A stretch of 64,000 nt of DNA, from the sequence record OP557969.1. One strand, written 5' to 3'. Below, one piece after another: positions 26,348 to 36,862 of this stretch (its first letter is position 1; every line of letters starts with the position of its first letter). Position numbers and translations under genes: made by a program. The notes below the pieces were generated by a model that saw nothing but the letters and a program-made list of their open reading frames with translations, was not told the DNA's origin and did no database searches.

Positions 26348-27987
26348 TGAAACAACTACAAGAACTATATCAAAAAATTCTAGATGAAGGCGTGGAAAGT
26401 GTTGACCGTACTGGTGTTGGTACAACCAAACTTATCGGTCAACAAATGCGTTTCGACCTTAACGATGGTTTTCCAGCAGTGACGACAAAACGTCTAGCAT
26501 GGAAAACAATGGTTGCTGAACTTTTATTTTTTATTAAAGGTATTCCAGACCGTCGAGTGATGCAGGAATTTTTACATGGTGAATTTAATGAAGATAAGAA
26601 CGATATTTGGAAAGGTAATTGTGTTGATATGAAAAATAAAAATCCATTAAAATTTAATGGATACAATTTAGGTAATATGTACCCAGTTTACTGGAGACGA
26701 ATGTATAAACCTGTTCCTAAAACAGTTAAAGTTAAACGTAAAAAAGACTTTGATTTTGAATATATTGAAAAATATAAATCATTTTATGATGATGTAGAAA
26801 TTGAAAAACATCATAAATCGGGTCAAACATTCATTGATATTAGGGGAGATGAGTTAGAATATCTTGGATTCAATGGACAGTATGAAAATAAACGACATTA
26901 TTTGAAATATAAGAACACGGGAACTATAATCAAACTCAATACATCTGAAATTGATATTAAACATAATAAACTTAATAGTGGTGAAGATTATTATAAAAAA
27001 AATTCAGTCGGTGGATATTTGGGTGCACCACGTGAAGTTCTTTCAAATGATCCATTGAACTCAAAAGTACAGAGCCTATGGTATAATATGCTTTCTCGTG
27101 TAAACACCTCTCCCAACTATAATAATATTAGTGTTAGCCCAAGGTGGTATAATTATTATAACTTCCTAACTGACATTCGTACTATACCACTGTTTTTTGA
27201 ATGGTTGGATGATCCAACATATTATGAATTAGATAAAGATTATTTTGGTTCATCTGTTTATTCAAGAAATACATGTACATTTTTACCCAAACATATCAAT
27301 CAAAAATTAATAAGAAAACGCAATGACTGTGCATTGGAAGTTGATGGAATACTTTATTATTCATTTACATGTTTTTATAAATCAATTTATGGTGGGAAAA
27401 CACAACCAAAAGATCCATTTACTTTTTTAGAAAATAACGGTCATACTTATATTATTCACGAAGAGACAGATGAATATGTATACCGTCCACAATTGTTTAT
27501 TGATCAATTAGAAACTGTTATTGAAAATATTAAACATGTCACCTTGAATGAAAATCATCCGGCTGGACGTAGATTGATTATGGATTCTTGGAATCCATCA
27601 TGGGAGGACGATTCAGTTCTGGGAATATGTCACCCATTTGTTCAATTCTTTGTAGTGAATGGAAAGCTGTCATGTGAGTTTTATATGCGTTCATCTGACA
27701 CATTTCTTGGATTACCACTGAATATATCATCATATGCATTATTGACGCACATGATTGCACAAATTACAGGTCTAGAAGTAGGAGAGCTAATTTACACTGC
27801 TGGTGATTGTCACATTTATAAAAATCACATTGAACAAGTAAAAGAACAACTACAACGAAAACCACGTGCATTACCTGAATTATGGATTGATCCTACTATT
27901 ACTGATATTGAAGATTTCACAATGGATTCTTTTAAATTGATTAATTACGATCCAATGCCAACAATTAAAGCACCGATGGCTGTATAA
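26347..27987 (+). CDS. thyA: Thymidylate synthase with a ~266-aa in-frame insertion
   Basis: DRTGVGT, RFDL..GFP..TTK, ELLFF, RRLIMDSWNP, catalytic CH, YMRSSDTFLGLPLNISSY (Asn retained), GDCHIY, KAPMAV. Confidence 0.95.
   Translation: MKQLQELYQKILDEGVESVDRTGVGTTKLIGQQMRFDLNDGFPAVTTKRLAWKTMVAELLFFIKGIPDRRVMQEFLHGEFNEDKNDIWKGNCVDMKNKNPLKFNGYNLGNMYPVYWRRMYKPVPKTVKVKRKKDFDFEYIEKYKSFYDDVEIEKHHKSGQTFIDIRGDELEYLGFNGQYENKRHYLKYKNTGTIIKLNTSEIDIKHNKLNSGEDYYKKNSVGGYLGAPREVLSNDPLNSKVQSLWYNMLSRVNTSPNYNNISVSPRWYNYYNFLTDIRTIPLFFEWLDDPTYYELDKDYFGSSVYSRNTCTFLPKHINQKLIRKRNDCALEVDGILYYSFTCFYKSIYGGKTQPKDPFTFLENNGHTYIIHEETDEYVYRPQLFIDQLETVIENIKHVTLNENHPAGRRLIMDSWNPSWEDDSVLGICHPFVQFFVVNGKLSCEFYMRSSDTFLGLPLNISSYALLTHMIAQITGLEVGELIYTAGDCHIYKNHIEQVKEQLQRKPRALPELWIDPTITDIEDFTMDSFKLINYDPMPTIKAPMAV
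26701..27498 (+). mobile_element. In-frame HNH-type (DKD variant) endonuclease domain inside thyA
   Basis: LWYNMLSRV...YNNISVSPRW....NFLTDI...YELDKDYF...VYSRNTCTFLPKHINQ lies between the ThyA motifs YWRR and IDQL. Confidence 0.75.
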
Positions 27988-27990
27988 ACG

Positions 27991-28020
27991 AAAAGGGAGA
28001 ACATATGTTCTCCCTTTTTT
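27991..28020. terminator. Bidirectional terminator between convergent genes
   Basis: AAAAGGGAGAAC-ATAT-GTTCTCCCTTTT. Confidence 0.9.
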
Positions 28021-28021
28021 A

Positions 28022-30313
28022 TTATCTAATTGTTACCAATGTTCTTCCGTCGAAACGTACATCAGGAGTTGAAGGTATACTAAACACCACGTTAGTGCCG
28101 TTAAACGTCACGCTATCGACCTCAACACGAGTATATACACCAGGGCTAATCTGTTCCTGTATCTCTGCTGTAACGATGTTTGAGGCTGTTACTGTAAGGG
28201 TGTATGAATCACCACTTAATACCCATGATGAAATAGTAAATGCGTCTGTCCTAACTGAACCTGAACCAATAGGAACCCATTGCCCTTTTACCTTTTGCAT
28301 AGAGGTTCGTTCGGATGTAGAGTATGCAATCATACCATCGACACCCACTGAGTTATCAATGCTTGCTAGTACTGGCAACTGAATACCATATCTATTAAAA
28401 CGTGTACGGATAGTTCCATTATCATAGATACTTACATCAGCATAATTACCCATAGAAAGTTTCAAATCCGCTCCATCCAATGTCATTGAACTTTGATTTG
28501 TATTACTTTCTAGTGTGAGTACACCGTTAGCTAATAAATTGATATTTTTAAATTTATTACTATTTCCTTTAAAAGTTGTATTAGCATTAAAAGTACTTGC
28601 ACCGTTAACTACAATAGTATTTTCTGCTGTGTCGCCTAATATGGTATTACCATTCAAAGTGGTTTCACCATCTACTACAATATTGGATTCGAAAGTACTA
28701 TTACCATTTACTACAAGATTGGATTTAAAAGTTCCATCACCATCTACGTCTACAGTAGAATGGAAAGTACTCTTACCATTAACCACAATAGTATTTTCTG
28801 CGGTATCACCCAATATGGTATTACTATGAACAGTCAAATTACCACTGGTGGTAACATTACTAGCTAGTGTATCACCATTCAATGTACTTGTTCCATCTAC
28901 TACAATATTGGATTTGAAAGTACTTTTACCATTAACCACAATAGTATTTTCTGGGGTTTCACCCAATGTTGTATTACCATGAACATTCAAATTACCACTA
29001 GCAGTAATATTACTAGCTAATGTATCACCAACCAATGTACTAGTACCATCTACTACAATATTACCATGAAAAGCACTTTCACCATTTTTGAATTCAACTT
29101 GTTCTTTATTCATTGAACTAAATGAAATGATATTACTACTTGCACTTATTCCAACATTAGTATTAGTTGGATTATCGAATCTCAGAACTGGCGTTGACGC
29201 AGGTGATGATGTTGATTGATATAATGTCAATGTCGAATTGGTAATTCTAATACGTTCAGTTCCAGAAGTACTGAATCCAATAGCATCATCAGCAGGATGA
29301 AAAATACCAGTATTCGTGTCTGACCATTTTTCAGGGTCATTACCTGGGTTGCTTACTGGGTCGTATGGGCTATTGTTAAATGCAATTGCTGGTGCGGTAG
29401 CACTACCATAGGTCACACCAAATCTACCACCTCCTACTGTACCATCGTCGTACATGGAATCACCAGTCCTACGTAAGCATTCAATTACAACGTTGTCGAT
29501 TGATGTTTGAACGGTTCCTGCATTCGTTCTAAATGGACGATTATTTGCAATCATGATAGTATTATCATATAATACTGAAGCTGCTGAAATACTAGTTCTT
29601 GATTGACGAAGGCGAATGTTTTTATCTTCAGTGATAATGATCCAATCACCATCTGATAGTGCTGTTTGGTTCATTGGTACACCGGATGCAAACGGTTTAG
29701 TTAAATCTTCATCAGTTGCTAAGTTTACTAGCCCACTATGACCAGTACTGGGAATGGCGGTAGATACAATTCTCGCAAAAGCATATGTTACGAGTTTAGC
29801 ACCAGAAATATTTGGATTAGAATCAACATAATATAAAATTTCTACCCAATCACCCTGACCAGTTGGGTTAGTTGGAGTGAATGTCACTGTACTTGTTGTT
29901 GGTTTATTAGCTTCAAAGTGTGCTTGTGCTGCATCTATAATACCACGTACAACATAATAATCACCACTAAGTGATGCTGTAGGTGCAGGTAGTGGACTTT
30001 GTGCCAAAGGTGGGTCTATATCATCAGGGATTGGATTATACGTACCAACAAATTGTAAACCACTAGTTACTGAATCTGGTAACTGTGATGTAAGAAGTTT
30101 GCCGTTAGCATCTAAGTTTGCAAAACGTCTATATGCCATCGAGCCATCTTCAAAATCCAGAACACCCTCGAATGATTTCCATTCTTTATTGTATCTAATC
30201 ATCCCTGATCTTATTACGTCAGCGGTTTCTTTTGATGGTGCTTTTGGTAACTCTAAAAAAGATTTACTATCAATAATTACACCACCATCACCTCTAATTC
30301 GATTTATACTCAT
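28022..30313 (-). CDS. Virion fibre/baseplate-associated structural protein with 51-aa repeats
   Basis: 763 aa; GMIRYN, TNTGIFHPADDAIGFSTSGTERIRI fibre-type motifs; TAAATA upstream (30348-30353, minus). Confidence 0.7.
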   Translation of the reverse strand: MSINRIRGDGGVIIDSKSFLELPKAPSKETADVIRSGMIRYNKEWKSFEGVLDFEDGSMAYRRFANLDANGKLLTSQLPDSVTSGLQFVGTYNPIPDDIDPPLAQSPLPAPTASLSGDYYVVRGIIDAAQAHFEANKPTTSTVTFTPTNPTGQGDWVEILYYVDSNPNISGAKLVTYAFARIVSTAIPSTGHSGLVNLATDEDLTKPFASGVPMNQTALSDGDWIIITEDKNIRLRQSRTSISAASVLYDNTIMIANNRPFRTNAGTVQTSIDNVVIECLRRTGDSMYDDGTVGGGRFGVTYGSATAPAIAFNNSPYDPVSNPGNDPEKWSDTNTGIFHPADDAIGFSTSGTERIRITNSTLTLYQSTSSPASTPVLRFDNPTNTNVGISASSNIISFSSMNKEQVEFKNGESAFHGNIVVDGTSTLVGDTLASNITASGNLNVHGNTTLGETPENTIVVNGKSTFKSNIVVDGTSTLNGDTLASNVTTSGNLTVHSNTILGDTAENTIVVNGKSTFHSTVDVDGDGTFKSNLVVNGNSTFESNIVVDGETTLNGNTILGDTAENTIVVNGASTFNANTTFKGNSNKFKNINLLANGVLTLESNTNQSSMTLDGADLKLSMGNYADVSIYDNGTIRTRFNRYGIQLPVLASIDNSVGVDGMIAYSTSERTSMQKVKGQWVPIGSGSVRTDAFTISSWVLSGDSYTLTVTASNIVTAEIQEQISPGVYTRVEVDSVTFNGTNVVFSIPSTPDVRFDGRTLVTIR
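28590..29065 (-). repeat. About three tandem 153-bp (51-aa) repeats
   Basis: GAAAGTACT recurs at 28763 and 28916; unit NIVVDGTSTL.GDTLASN.T.SGNL.VH.NT.LG.T.ENTIVVNGKSTF. Confidence 0.85.
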
Positions 30314-30366
30314 TTAAATATTTCCTCAGAATAGATTATATATGATGTATTTATTTTAGATAAAAG

Positions 30367-30393
30367 AAAAGGCCAAGTATAGACCTGGCCTTT
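30367..30393 (-). terminator. Rho-independent terminator (minus strand)
   Basis: Minus strand AAAGGCCA-GGTCTATACT-TGGCCTTTT CTTTT. Confidence 0.75.
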
Positions 30394-30399
30394 AAAAAA

Positions 30400-31179
30400 T
30401 TATTTATTACGTTCAGGTATCTGAATACCTTCATATACCCATTTAGCAGCTTGTTGTGCTTTATAAATTGCATCTGGGTCAGAATCATCAACTGCATCAA
30501 TCGCTGCACATTGCTCTTCACATTCAGAAAATAGTTTTTCTACCATTGCGGATACTTCAGTATATAGTTGTGTCATTTCTTCTGAGGTAAGTTTTACAAT
30601 AGCATCATCCAGTATGATAGTGACATTTTCAGCACCCGACACTACTTGTGTATAATAATTAAGTAGCATTTGACGACCTGCAAGATCGGTATTGTAGCGA
30701 TGACCTTTGAATTCATAACCTGAATTAACACGAAATGCTCTCTCAGATAATGTTCTTTCTTTTAAATCTGTTTTTACATCAGCAATGGGTACATCAACAA
30801 AATTATAAGTTTTAAGTACTGTTAATGCTTTATATTCATCAGTTGCATCTTCCAAAAATTCCACCACTGGTTGCTTTTCATCTTTCAAACGAACATATTC
30901 CAATTGTTGGCCTTTTGAATTCACATTACCGACATTTTTATATTCTAACCACCAAAAACCTTCTTCTTTTCTCACTACATCATTCGGCTCTACTGGTGAA
31001 CCATCAACACTGGAAATTCCGTACAGAGTTCTAATATCACTATAAAGATAACGATAAGTCTGAGTATCATCGGGAGTTGCACCTGGACGTTCTTTAAGAC
31101 CTTTAACACCAATTGGATTAGTAATAATATTACCCAATTCATAATTTTCTTTTGAATCACCTTTCACATATGTGAACAT
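30400..31179 (-). CDS. Tail fibre assembly-like protein (DUF4376-type C-terminus)
   Basis: G.EFKGHRYNTD...RQ.L...; lies downstream of the long fibre gene. Confidence 0.55.
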   Translation of the reverse strand: MFTYVKGDSKENYELGNIITNPIGVKGLKERPGATPDDTQTYRYLYSDIRTLYGISSVDGSPVEPNDVVRKEEGFWWLEYKNVGNVNSKGQQLEYVRLKDEKQPVVEFLEDATDEYKALTVLKTYNFVDVPIADVKTDLKERTLSERAFRVNSGYEFKGHRYNTDLAGRQMLLNYYTQVVSGAENVTIILDDAIVKLTSEEMTQLYTEVSAMVEKLFSECEEQCAAIDAVDDSDPDAIYKAQQAAKWVYEGIQIPERNK

Positions 31180-31241
31180 ATAACTACCTCATTTGTTATG
31201 ATGGTGTCACCAAGTATAGGTGACACCTTTTATTATAATTA

Positions 31242-34200
31242 TTAAGCGGTACGTTGAGCAATAAACATATCTGCTACTGAACTTACACCATCGTAAATTA
31301 CCTGATAGATAGTTACAGAGTTTGCAGTTTTATTTAGAGTCCCATCAACAACAGCATATGTACCATCAGTAGTAAAGTTTCTATTACCAGTTGCATCTTG
31401 TTTAACATAAATGTATACTGATGATGCTTTTCCACCACCGATTAGACCAGTGATTGGTGCTAGAGTAGTATCTTGATCAAGAGTGATGAAGTATACGTTG
31501 CTAGTACCGTCAGGGGTCCAAGTACCATTCGGTGCAATAACAGAGGAAGTTACTTTACTTGGAATAACATCATACTTTTTGGTAGTTACGGTTGTAGTGG
31601 CGAGTTCTGCGTTGGTTGTAGTTAACTTACCAGTAACAGTTACTTCTTTATCAAACACCGCATTTTCTTTGAAAGTTGGTGTTGAATTAACAGTTAGTGT
31701 GTCAGTATTAGTATTACCTAAAACCACACTACCACTTGCTGTCATCAAACCAGAAACAGTTAGTGTACCACCAATAGTTGCATTACCAGTTACTGATGCA
31801 CTAGCAAGTGTAGCTGCACCAGATGTAGTTATTGTTGTAACAGATGCTGCCTCTAGTGTGGTTGCACCAGTTGCGGTAAGTTTACCATCAACTACTAGAT
31901 CACCAGTTACGGATGCACCACCGGACATTGTTACTGCCCCACCGAATGAACCAGTTGTAATTACTTCAAGTGTGTTACCTTTTAGTAATTCAGTTGCTGT
32001 GATACTTGTACCAGCGGTAATGCTTGTACCCGCAGAAACAGTATTAGTTGCAGTTAAGGACTTCACAGCTACATCAGAGTTAGCTTGGTTAAGTTTAGCA
32101 TTTAGAGTACCTGTTACTGTGAAGTCACCGTTGTTAACAACATTACCATTGATAGTTAGATTGTTATTTTGTGAACCGACATCACCAATTGTTGCTGATT
32201 TAGAAATTAACTCAGCACCAGCGGTAATGTTGCCAGCAGCACTGATATTGTTTGCTGCAACAACTGCATAAGGTTCAATTGTTTGACCACTAACATCAAT
32301 ATCTGCGTTAATACCACCATCAACACGCAAAGAACCAGCAATATATGTATTAGGGAAAATCTGAACAGTTTCAGTGTGTTCACCGACCTGTGTACCAACA
32401 ATAACATTAGATCCAGTTTTCACTGCACCAGAAGTTGTTAGAGAACCTACTGTTGCTTTGCCAGTAACACCTAGTGTACCGCCAACAGTTGCATTATTAG
32501 TTACTGCCAATGCTGTTCCTTCACCATTCAGTGTAATTGATGGAGCAGTTGCTTTACCAGTTACATCTAGTGTACCACCAACAGTTGCATTACCATCTGA
32601 ATGTATTGTTGTTGCAACAGAAAGACTGTTTGCAATTACATCCGCACCAGTCAAATCCAATGCACCTGGTGTTAATGTACCAGTAATGTTAACATTATTA
32701 CCAAAGGTTGCTGCACCAGTTACATCTAGTGTAGTGCTAAATGTACCAGAAGTTGCAGAGATTGCACCAGATTCAAGTGAACCAACAGTGGTTTTTCCAG
32801 TTACACCCAGTGTACCACCAACTGTTCCATTTGTTGTAACTTCTAGTGTTCCAGTACTTAGATCTTTTGCTGTCACTTTACCAGATGCGTTAACAGTTGT
32901 TGTTGTAACACCACCACTTAGGGTGCTTGTCCCAGTAACACTGAGTGTTTTTGCTGCACTAACGCTGTTTACAGTAAGATCAGCACCTGATAGGTCTAAA
33001 CCACCTTCAGGAATAAAATTACCCTTAACTGTTAGTTGTTGAACAGTACTGTCACCAGTTACATCTAGTGTAGAAGCAGTCAAACCACCATTCATACTTG
33101 CTGCACCAGTAACATCTAGTGTAGTTGTTACAGTTGCACTGTTTAGTGTGGAGCTACCGGAAATATTAGCACTAGGTGCAGTAATAGATCCTTTTACAAC
33201 TTGTACATCACCCGCAACAACATCAATACCACCAGCATTAACTGTTAGTTTTTCAGCAGTATTCAACGTACTTGAAATTGTTGTTGCACCAGTTAAGGTT
33301 GTAGTTCCAGCTACACTTATGTTTCCAGAGATAGATGGATTACCTGTAATGTCACCAGTAGTGAGAACCAATTCAGTACCTACAGTAGTAGAACCAGTAC
33401 TTTCTAGTGTTACACCAACGATGTTTGCAGAACTTAGGTTAATAGTACCATCAACAGTTAAGTTACCGTGAACGGTCGCATCACCAAGTGAATTTAATGT
33501 TTTCACTGAAACATCAGTTTTACTAAGGTCAATTACACCCGCAGTAAGTGTTCCAGATACTGCCAAATTACCAGTTATTGCTGTATTTTTAGTAATAGAT
33601 ACTGTTTCTGATGCTGACGTAATGGAGCCAGCAGTAAGTGCCCCACCAATGGTTGCATTGTTAGTTACGGTTAACGCTGTTTCTTCACCAGATAGTGTTA
33701 AAGAAATACCATTCATTTCACCAGTAATATTTGCCGATGCCGCAGAAATATCACCAGCAACTACCGCATTTGTTGCGTTTAGGGTTGTTGTGGTAATTTC
33801 AGTACTTTTCACTTTAGGTAGTGCGTTGATACCATCTTTACTATTAACTGTAATAATACCAGAACTTGTTAGAGATTTAACAGAAACATCTGCACCACTT
33901 AAGTTAACTGTACCAGAAACAACTAGATCGCCACCAATATTAGCTCCTTCTGTTGTAGTGATTGATTTTGCATTAACTTCAGTGTTACTCAAATCAATTG
34001 CACCAGGTGATACAGTTCCAGAAACTGTGAGATTACCAGTAACTGTAGTATCATTAGAAATAGATACGCCATCATCATTGCTAATTGTTGGGGTTTCAAT
34101 TGTAACAGCTTTAACTTTACCAGAAGAAGTCATGTCAGCAACAGTAGATGCACCAGTGACCTTTAGATTAGTAATATTTGCAGTAGTTGAGCCAAGTGTA

Positions 34201-36746
34201 GTAATCGTACCATCAGTACTTTCTAGTTTAGGAAGAACACTAGCAATAGAAGATTCGTTACTAACAATTGCACCAGTACTAGTTAAAGATTTGACAGTAA
34301 CATCAGCCGTAGTAAGATCTACTGTACCATTAACAGTTAGGTTACCACCAATAGTTGCACCAGCAGTAGTAGTAATGGATTTAGCATTAACATCAGTTGT
34401 TGCTAGATCGATAGAACCTGGAATAACTGCACCAGTAACGGTTAGGTCACCAGTTACATTTGTATTATTGGAAATAGTGACACCACTTGCATTTGAAATG
34501 GTTGGGGTAACCAACGATGCAGTTGTAGTTTCACCAGTTACAGTTAAAGTTGACCCAACTAGAACAGATGAGCTTGAGTAAATTGTACCCAAATTAGCAG
34601 ATCCGGTAACAGTTATATCATCAGCATTAACAGTAGTTGTCGTTATGGTAGTACTATTAAGTACTGGAAGTACGTTAGCATTAACAAGATCATTACTTTT
34701 AACAATACCAGAAGTAGTTAATGATTTAACATTAAGGTTGGCTGCTGATAAATCAAAAGAGCCTTGAACTACTAAATCACCACCAATAGTTGCACCAGCA
34801 GTAGTAGTGATTGATTTAGCATTAATATCGGTAGTGCTCAAGTCTAGAGAACCAACAGTTAAGCTACCAGTAATATCAACATTTTCGGTGAAGTTAGTAT
34901 CACCACTAATAGTTGGTGCAGTAAGATTTGTTGCACTAATATTAGTACCGTTAATTGTTTGCCCACTTACAGTTCCACTCGCAGTGATAGTAGGAGCCGT
35001 TACTTCAGTAGATGCACTAATTGTTGGTGCAGATACAGAAGTTGTACCAGTAATAGTACCAGAACTTACTGAACCAGCGGATAATGCACCAGAAAGAGTT
35101 GCAGTTGTACCAGCAATATCACCAGTAACAGTTAGTTTAGCACCCACGGTAGTGTTACCAGTACTTTCAAGTGTTGCACCTTTAATATTTGCTGCCGCGA
35201 CAACAGAATTAGGTGTTAGATCTTGACCACTAACATCAACAGTTAGTCCAGTTACTGTTCCAGTAAATTCAACATCATTAAGAATTGCCTTACCACCAAC
35301 TGTAAGGTATGGTGTACTTGGGTCTTGAGTATCGTTACCAGTGATAGTTAGATAATCTAGTTTGTTTAGGCCGTTACCAGTAATACCATAAGAAGATAGT
35401 GATGCATTACCAAAGGTAGCAGTTTTAAGTACTTTCAATGTTGCTGGGGAAACCAACTCAGATTGAACTTCATTAGGTAAAATAACGGTTGGACGTTTAT
35501 CTTGTGCGGTATACGCAAAACCTAGTTTCACAGCAGAATCTTGTGAATTTTGACCTAAACTAATAGCTTTAAAAGAAGCAGTACCGTTTAAACCAGTAAT
35601 ATTAGATCCTAGTGTAACACCACCAACTAAAGAAGACGCACCCTTTATATTTAAAGTGTTTGCATCAATATCATCAAGTTGGAAATCACCACCAAATGTA
35701 CCGGAAACATTAATATTATTAAAATTAGCAGTACCAGTACTTTCAATATCTGGAATGGTTGCTGTTCCAGTAACCTCAAAATCAGCAACTTTAGTTTTAC
35801 CTTTTGTCACTTCTAGAAGTGGGGTGTCAGGTGATTGTGTATCGTTACCAGAAACGGTTAGATAATCTAGTTTGTTTAGACCATTACCAGTAATACCATA
35901 AGAAGACAATGATGCATTACCAAAAGTAGCAGAAGTTAAAACTGTCAATTTAGCAGGTGACATTAATTCAGATTGAATTTCATTTTGTAGAATTACTGTT
36001 GGACGTTTATCAGGAGCACTGTAAGGGAAGCTCAATCTGGAGGTTTGTGATTCAGAGTCGGTTCCGATACGGATATCTTTAAATGTAGCAGTGCTATTAA
36101 TACCAGTTACGTTAGCACCAAAAGTTACCGCACCTTTTTGATTAGATGCACCAGTAACATTCAATGTTTCAGCGTTTAAATCAGAAAGATTAAACTCGCC
36201 ACCTAGTGTACCACTAATATTCACATCTTGAAACTCAGCAGTGCCAGTACTAGTAATGTCAGTTGCGGTAATAGTTGTAATTTCTGCGGAATTGGAAGTA
36301 ATTTTATCAAAAGCAGCGGTTGTACCAACCTCAGCAGATAAGTCCCCTTTAAGTGTTGTTTCTCCCACAACTTCTAAGCTTTTTACTTTAGTTGATTGTA
36401 GTGTGGTTGAACCAGCAGTTTGTGAAAAATCACTACCCACCGACACAGTACCGTTAAACGTAGCACTTGAATTGATTGTTACTGTATCAGAACCACCATC
36501 TGCACTGCCGATTGTGGTATTTCCAGTAATATCAAGGCCACCACTTAATGTTGCTTTACCACCAACATCTAAAGTAGAGTTGATGATAGCTGTTTCAGTT
36601 TCAATAGCAGTAAATGTTGCGTTTGCAAAAGAGATACTACCATCTACTCTTAGGTTATTCTTGATTACTGCATTACCTTTGACTAATAGATCCTTACCAA
36701 CTGTTCCAGCACCAGTAATATCTAAGTCAGTTTTTATTGAGTACAT
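31242..36746 (-). CDS. Long tail fibre-like protein (T/G/S/V-rich repeats)
   Basis: 1834 aa of short beta-strand repeats (TVGGTLGVTG, IDLS.TDVNAKSITTT); TAAATA at 36782-36787 (minus). Confidence 0.8.
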   Translation of the reverse strand: MYSIKTDLDITGAGTVGKDLLVKGNAVIKNNLRVDGSISFANATFTAIETETAIINSTLDVGGKATLSGGLDITGNTTIGSADGGSDTVTINSSATFNGTVSVGSDFSQTAGSTTLQSTKVKSLEVVGETTLKGDLSAEVGTTAAFDKITSNSAEITTITATDITSTGTAEFQDVNISGTLGGEFNLSDLNAETLNVTGASNQKGAVTFGANVTGINSTATFKDIRIGTDSESQTSRLSFPYSAPDKRPTVILQNEIQSELMSPAKLTVLTSATFGNASLSSYGITGNGLNKLDYLTVSGNDTQSPDTPLLEVTKGKTKVADFEVTGTATIPDIESTGTANFNNINVSGTFGGDFQLDDIDANTLNIKGASSLVGGVTLGSNITGLNGTASFKAISLGQNSQDSAVKLGFAYTAQDKRPTVILPNEVQSELVSPATLKVLKTATFGNASLSSYGITGNGLNKLDYLTITGNDTQDPSTPYLTVGGKAILNDVEFTGTVTGLTVDVSGQDLTPNSVVAAANIKGATLESTGNTTVGAKLTVTGDIAGTTATLSGALSAGSVSSGTITGTTSVSAPTISASTEVTAPTITASGTVSGQTINGTNISATNLTAPTISGDTNFTENVDITGSLTVGSLDLSTTDINAKSITTTAGATIGGDLVVQGSFDLSAANLNVKSLTTSGIVKSNDLVNANVLPVLNSTTITTTTVNADDITVTGSANLGTIYSSSSVLVGSTLTVTGETTTASLVTPTISNASGVTISNNTNVTGDLTVTGAVIPGSIDLATTDVNAKSITTTAGATIGGNLTVNGTVDLTTADVTVKSLTSTGAIVSNESSIASVLPKLESTDGTITTLGSTTANITNLKVTGASTVADMTSSGKVKAVTIETPTISNDDGVSISNDTTVTGNLTVSGTVSPGAIDLSNTEVNAKSITTTEGANIGGDLVVSGTVNLSGADVSVKSLTSSGIITVNSKDGINALPKVKSTEITTTTLNATNAVVAGDISAASANITGEMNGISLTLSGEETALTVTNNATIGGALTAGSITSASETVSITKNTAITGNLAVSGTLTAGVIDLSKTDVSVKTLNSLGDATVHGNLTVDGTINLSSANIVGVTLESTGSTTVGTELVLTTGDITGNPSISGNISVAGTTTLTGATTISSTLNTAEKLTVNAGGIDVVAGDVQVVKGSITAPSANISGSSTLNSATVTTTLDVTGAASMNGGLTASTLDVTGDSTVQQLTVKGNFIPEGGLDLSGADLTVNSVSAAKTLSVTGTSTLSGGVTTTTVNASGKVTAKDLSTGTLEVTTNGTVGGTLGVTGKTTVGSLESGAISATSGTFSTTLDVTGAATFGNNVNITGTLTPGALDLTGADVIANSLSVATTIHSDGNATVGGTLDVTGKATAPSITLNGEGTALAVTNNATVGGTLGVTGKATVGSLTTSGAVKTGSNVIVGTQVGEHTETVQIFPNTYIAGSLRVDGGINADIDVSGQTIEPYAVVAANNISAAGNITAGAELISKSATIGDVGSQNNNLTINGNVVNNGDFTVTGTLNAKLNQANSDVAVKSLTATNTVSAGTSITAGTSITATELLKGNTLEVITTGSFGGAVTMSGGASVTGDLVVDGKLTATGATTLEAASVTTITTSGAATLASASVTGNATIGGTLTVSGLMTASGSVVLGNTNTDTLTVNSTPTFKENAVFDKEVTVTGKLTTTNAELATTTVTTKKYDVIPSKVTSSVIAPNGTWTPDGTSNVYFITLDQDTTLAPITGLIGGGKASSVYIYVKQDATGNRNFTTDGTYAVVDGTLNKTANSVTIYQVIYDGVSSVADMFIAQRTA
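35330..36300 (-). repeat. Two ~510-bp (170-aa) tandem copies within the fibre gene
   Basis: GATAATCTAGTTTGTTTAG at 35351 and 35861; protein ATFGNASLSSYGITGNGLNKLDYLT repeated. Confidence 0.85.
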
Positions 36747-36825
36747 TTATACCCTCCGTTGGAGCCTTGTTAATATGTATATATTTAGTTTAATTTAACT
36801 GATATCCAATATTTTATAAAATAAA

Positions 36826-36855
36826 AAACCAGACTTATTTGAATAAGCCCGGTTT
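36826..36855 (-). terminator. Rho-independent terminator (minus strand)
   Basis: Minus strand AAACCGGGCTTATT-CA-AATAAGTCTGGTTT then TTTATTTT. Confidence 0.75.
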
Positions 36856-36862
36856 AATTTTA

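Noticed and set aside
26701-27498. Intein or group I intron in thyA
   Set aside because: No Cys/Ser start or His-Asn+nucleophile end, and no recognisable P7/R-S intron core; the insert is fully open in frame with both ThyA halves.
26347-27987. dCMP hydroxymethylase (modified-base synthesis) instead of ThyA
   Set aside because: The specificity residue is Asn (PLNISSY), as in dUMP-using thymidylate synthases, not Asp.
31483-36798. Many plus-strand ORFs (up to 319 aa) opposite the long fibre gene
   Set aside because: Antisense shadows of a T/G/V/S-rich gene with strong codon bias; no SD, promoters or motifs.
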